A stretch of 64,000 bases of DNA, from positions 46,893,402-46,957,401 of the forward strand of contig NC_057728.1 of assembly GCF_004010195.1 (NCBI RefSeq), written 5' to 3'. This stretch comes from Chiloscyllium plagiosum (taxonomy: Eukaryota). The position numbers were made by a program, and so were the translations under genes. Below the pieces are notes generated by a model. It saw only the letters and a list, made by a program, of their open reading frames with translations, was not told where the DNA came from and did no database searches. Below, piece by piece: positions 63,715-64,000 of the stretch (the stretch's first letter is position 1; the number at the start of each line of letters is the position of its first letter).

Positions 63715-64000
63715 GAGAATGTGTCTTACCAACTTAATAGAGTTCTTTGAGGAAGTGACCAAGTTGATAGATGAAGGAAGGACTGTTGATGTCATGTACA
63801 TGGACTTTAGTAAGGTAGTTAATAAGGTTGGTAAACTAATAGAGAAAGTGAAGTCACATGTGTGCAGGGGGTTCTAGCTAGGTGAATAAAGAACTGGTTG
63901 AGCAACAGGAGACAGAGAGTAGTAGTTGAAGGGAGTTTCTTGAAATGGAGATAGGCGATTAGTGGTGTTCCACAGGGATCAGTGCTGGGGCCAATTGTGA
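63715..64000 (+). mobile_element. CR1-type LINE RT fragment running off the window
   Basis: [42 protein letters not shown]. Confidence 0.9.

Overview
Repeat-dense, non-coding vertebrate DNA. It is very likely from a shark (elasmobranch), based on HE1-type V-SINEs, their CR1-clade partner LINE (HER1-like) and Deu-domain SINEs. I recognise no host protein-coding gene; the long ORFs are decayed transposon ORFs or N-gap artefacts. The window holds many CR1-type LINE fragments, several SINE families, solo-LTR-like elements, a Gypsy pol fossil, Harbinger fossils, a Tx1-like LINE end and two assembly gaps. The most striking content is a dense population (about 20 or more remnants) of Penelope-like element (PLE) pseudo-LTRs from at least four families. 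Each family carries a minimal type I hammerhead ribozyme (CUGANGA-N-stem II-GAAA plus a palindromic mini stem III). Many copies occur as ORF-less 100-250 bp fold-back or single-arm mini-insertions bounded by 12-16 bp target-site duplications. There are also several local templated duplications or inversions, including side-by-side filled and empty PLE sites at 39.4-39.9 kb, and a perfect RFX X-box beside a TATA box at 33.1 kb. All calls were made by eye; no database search was run.
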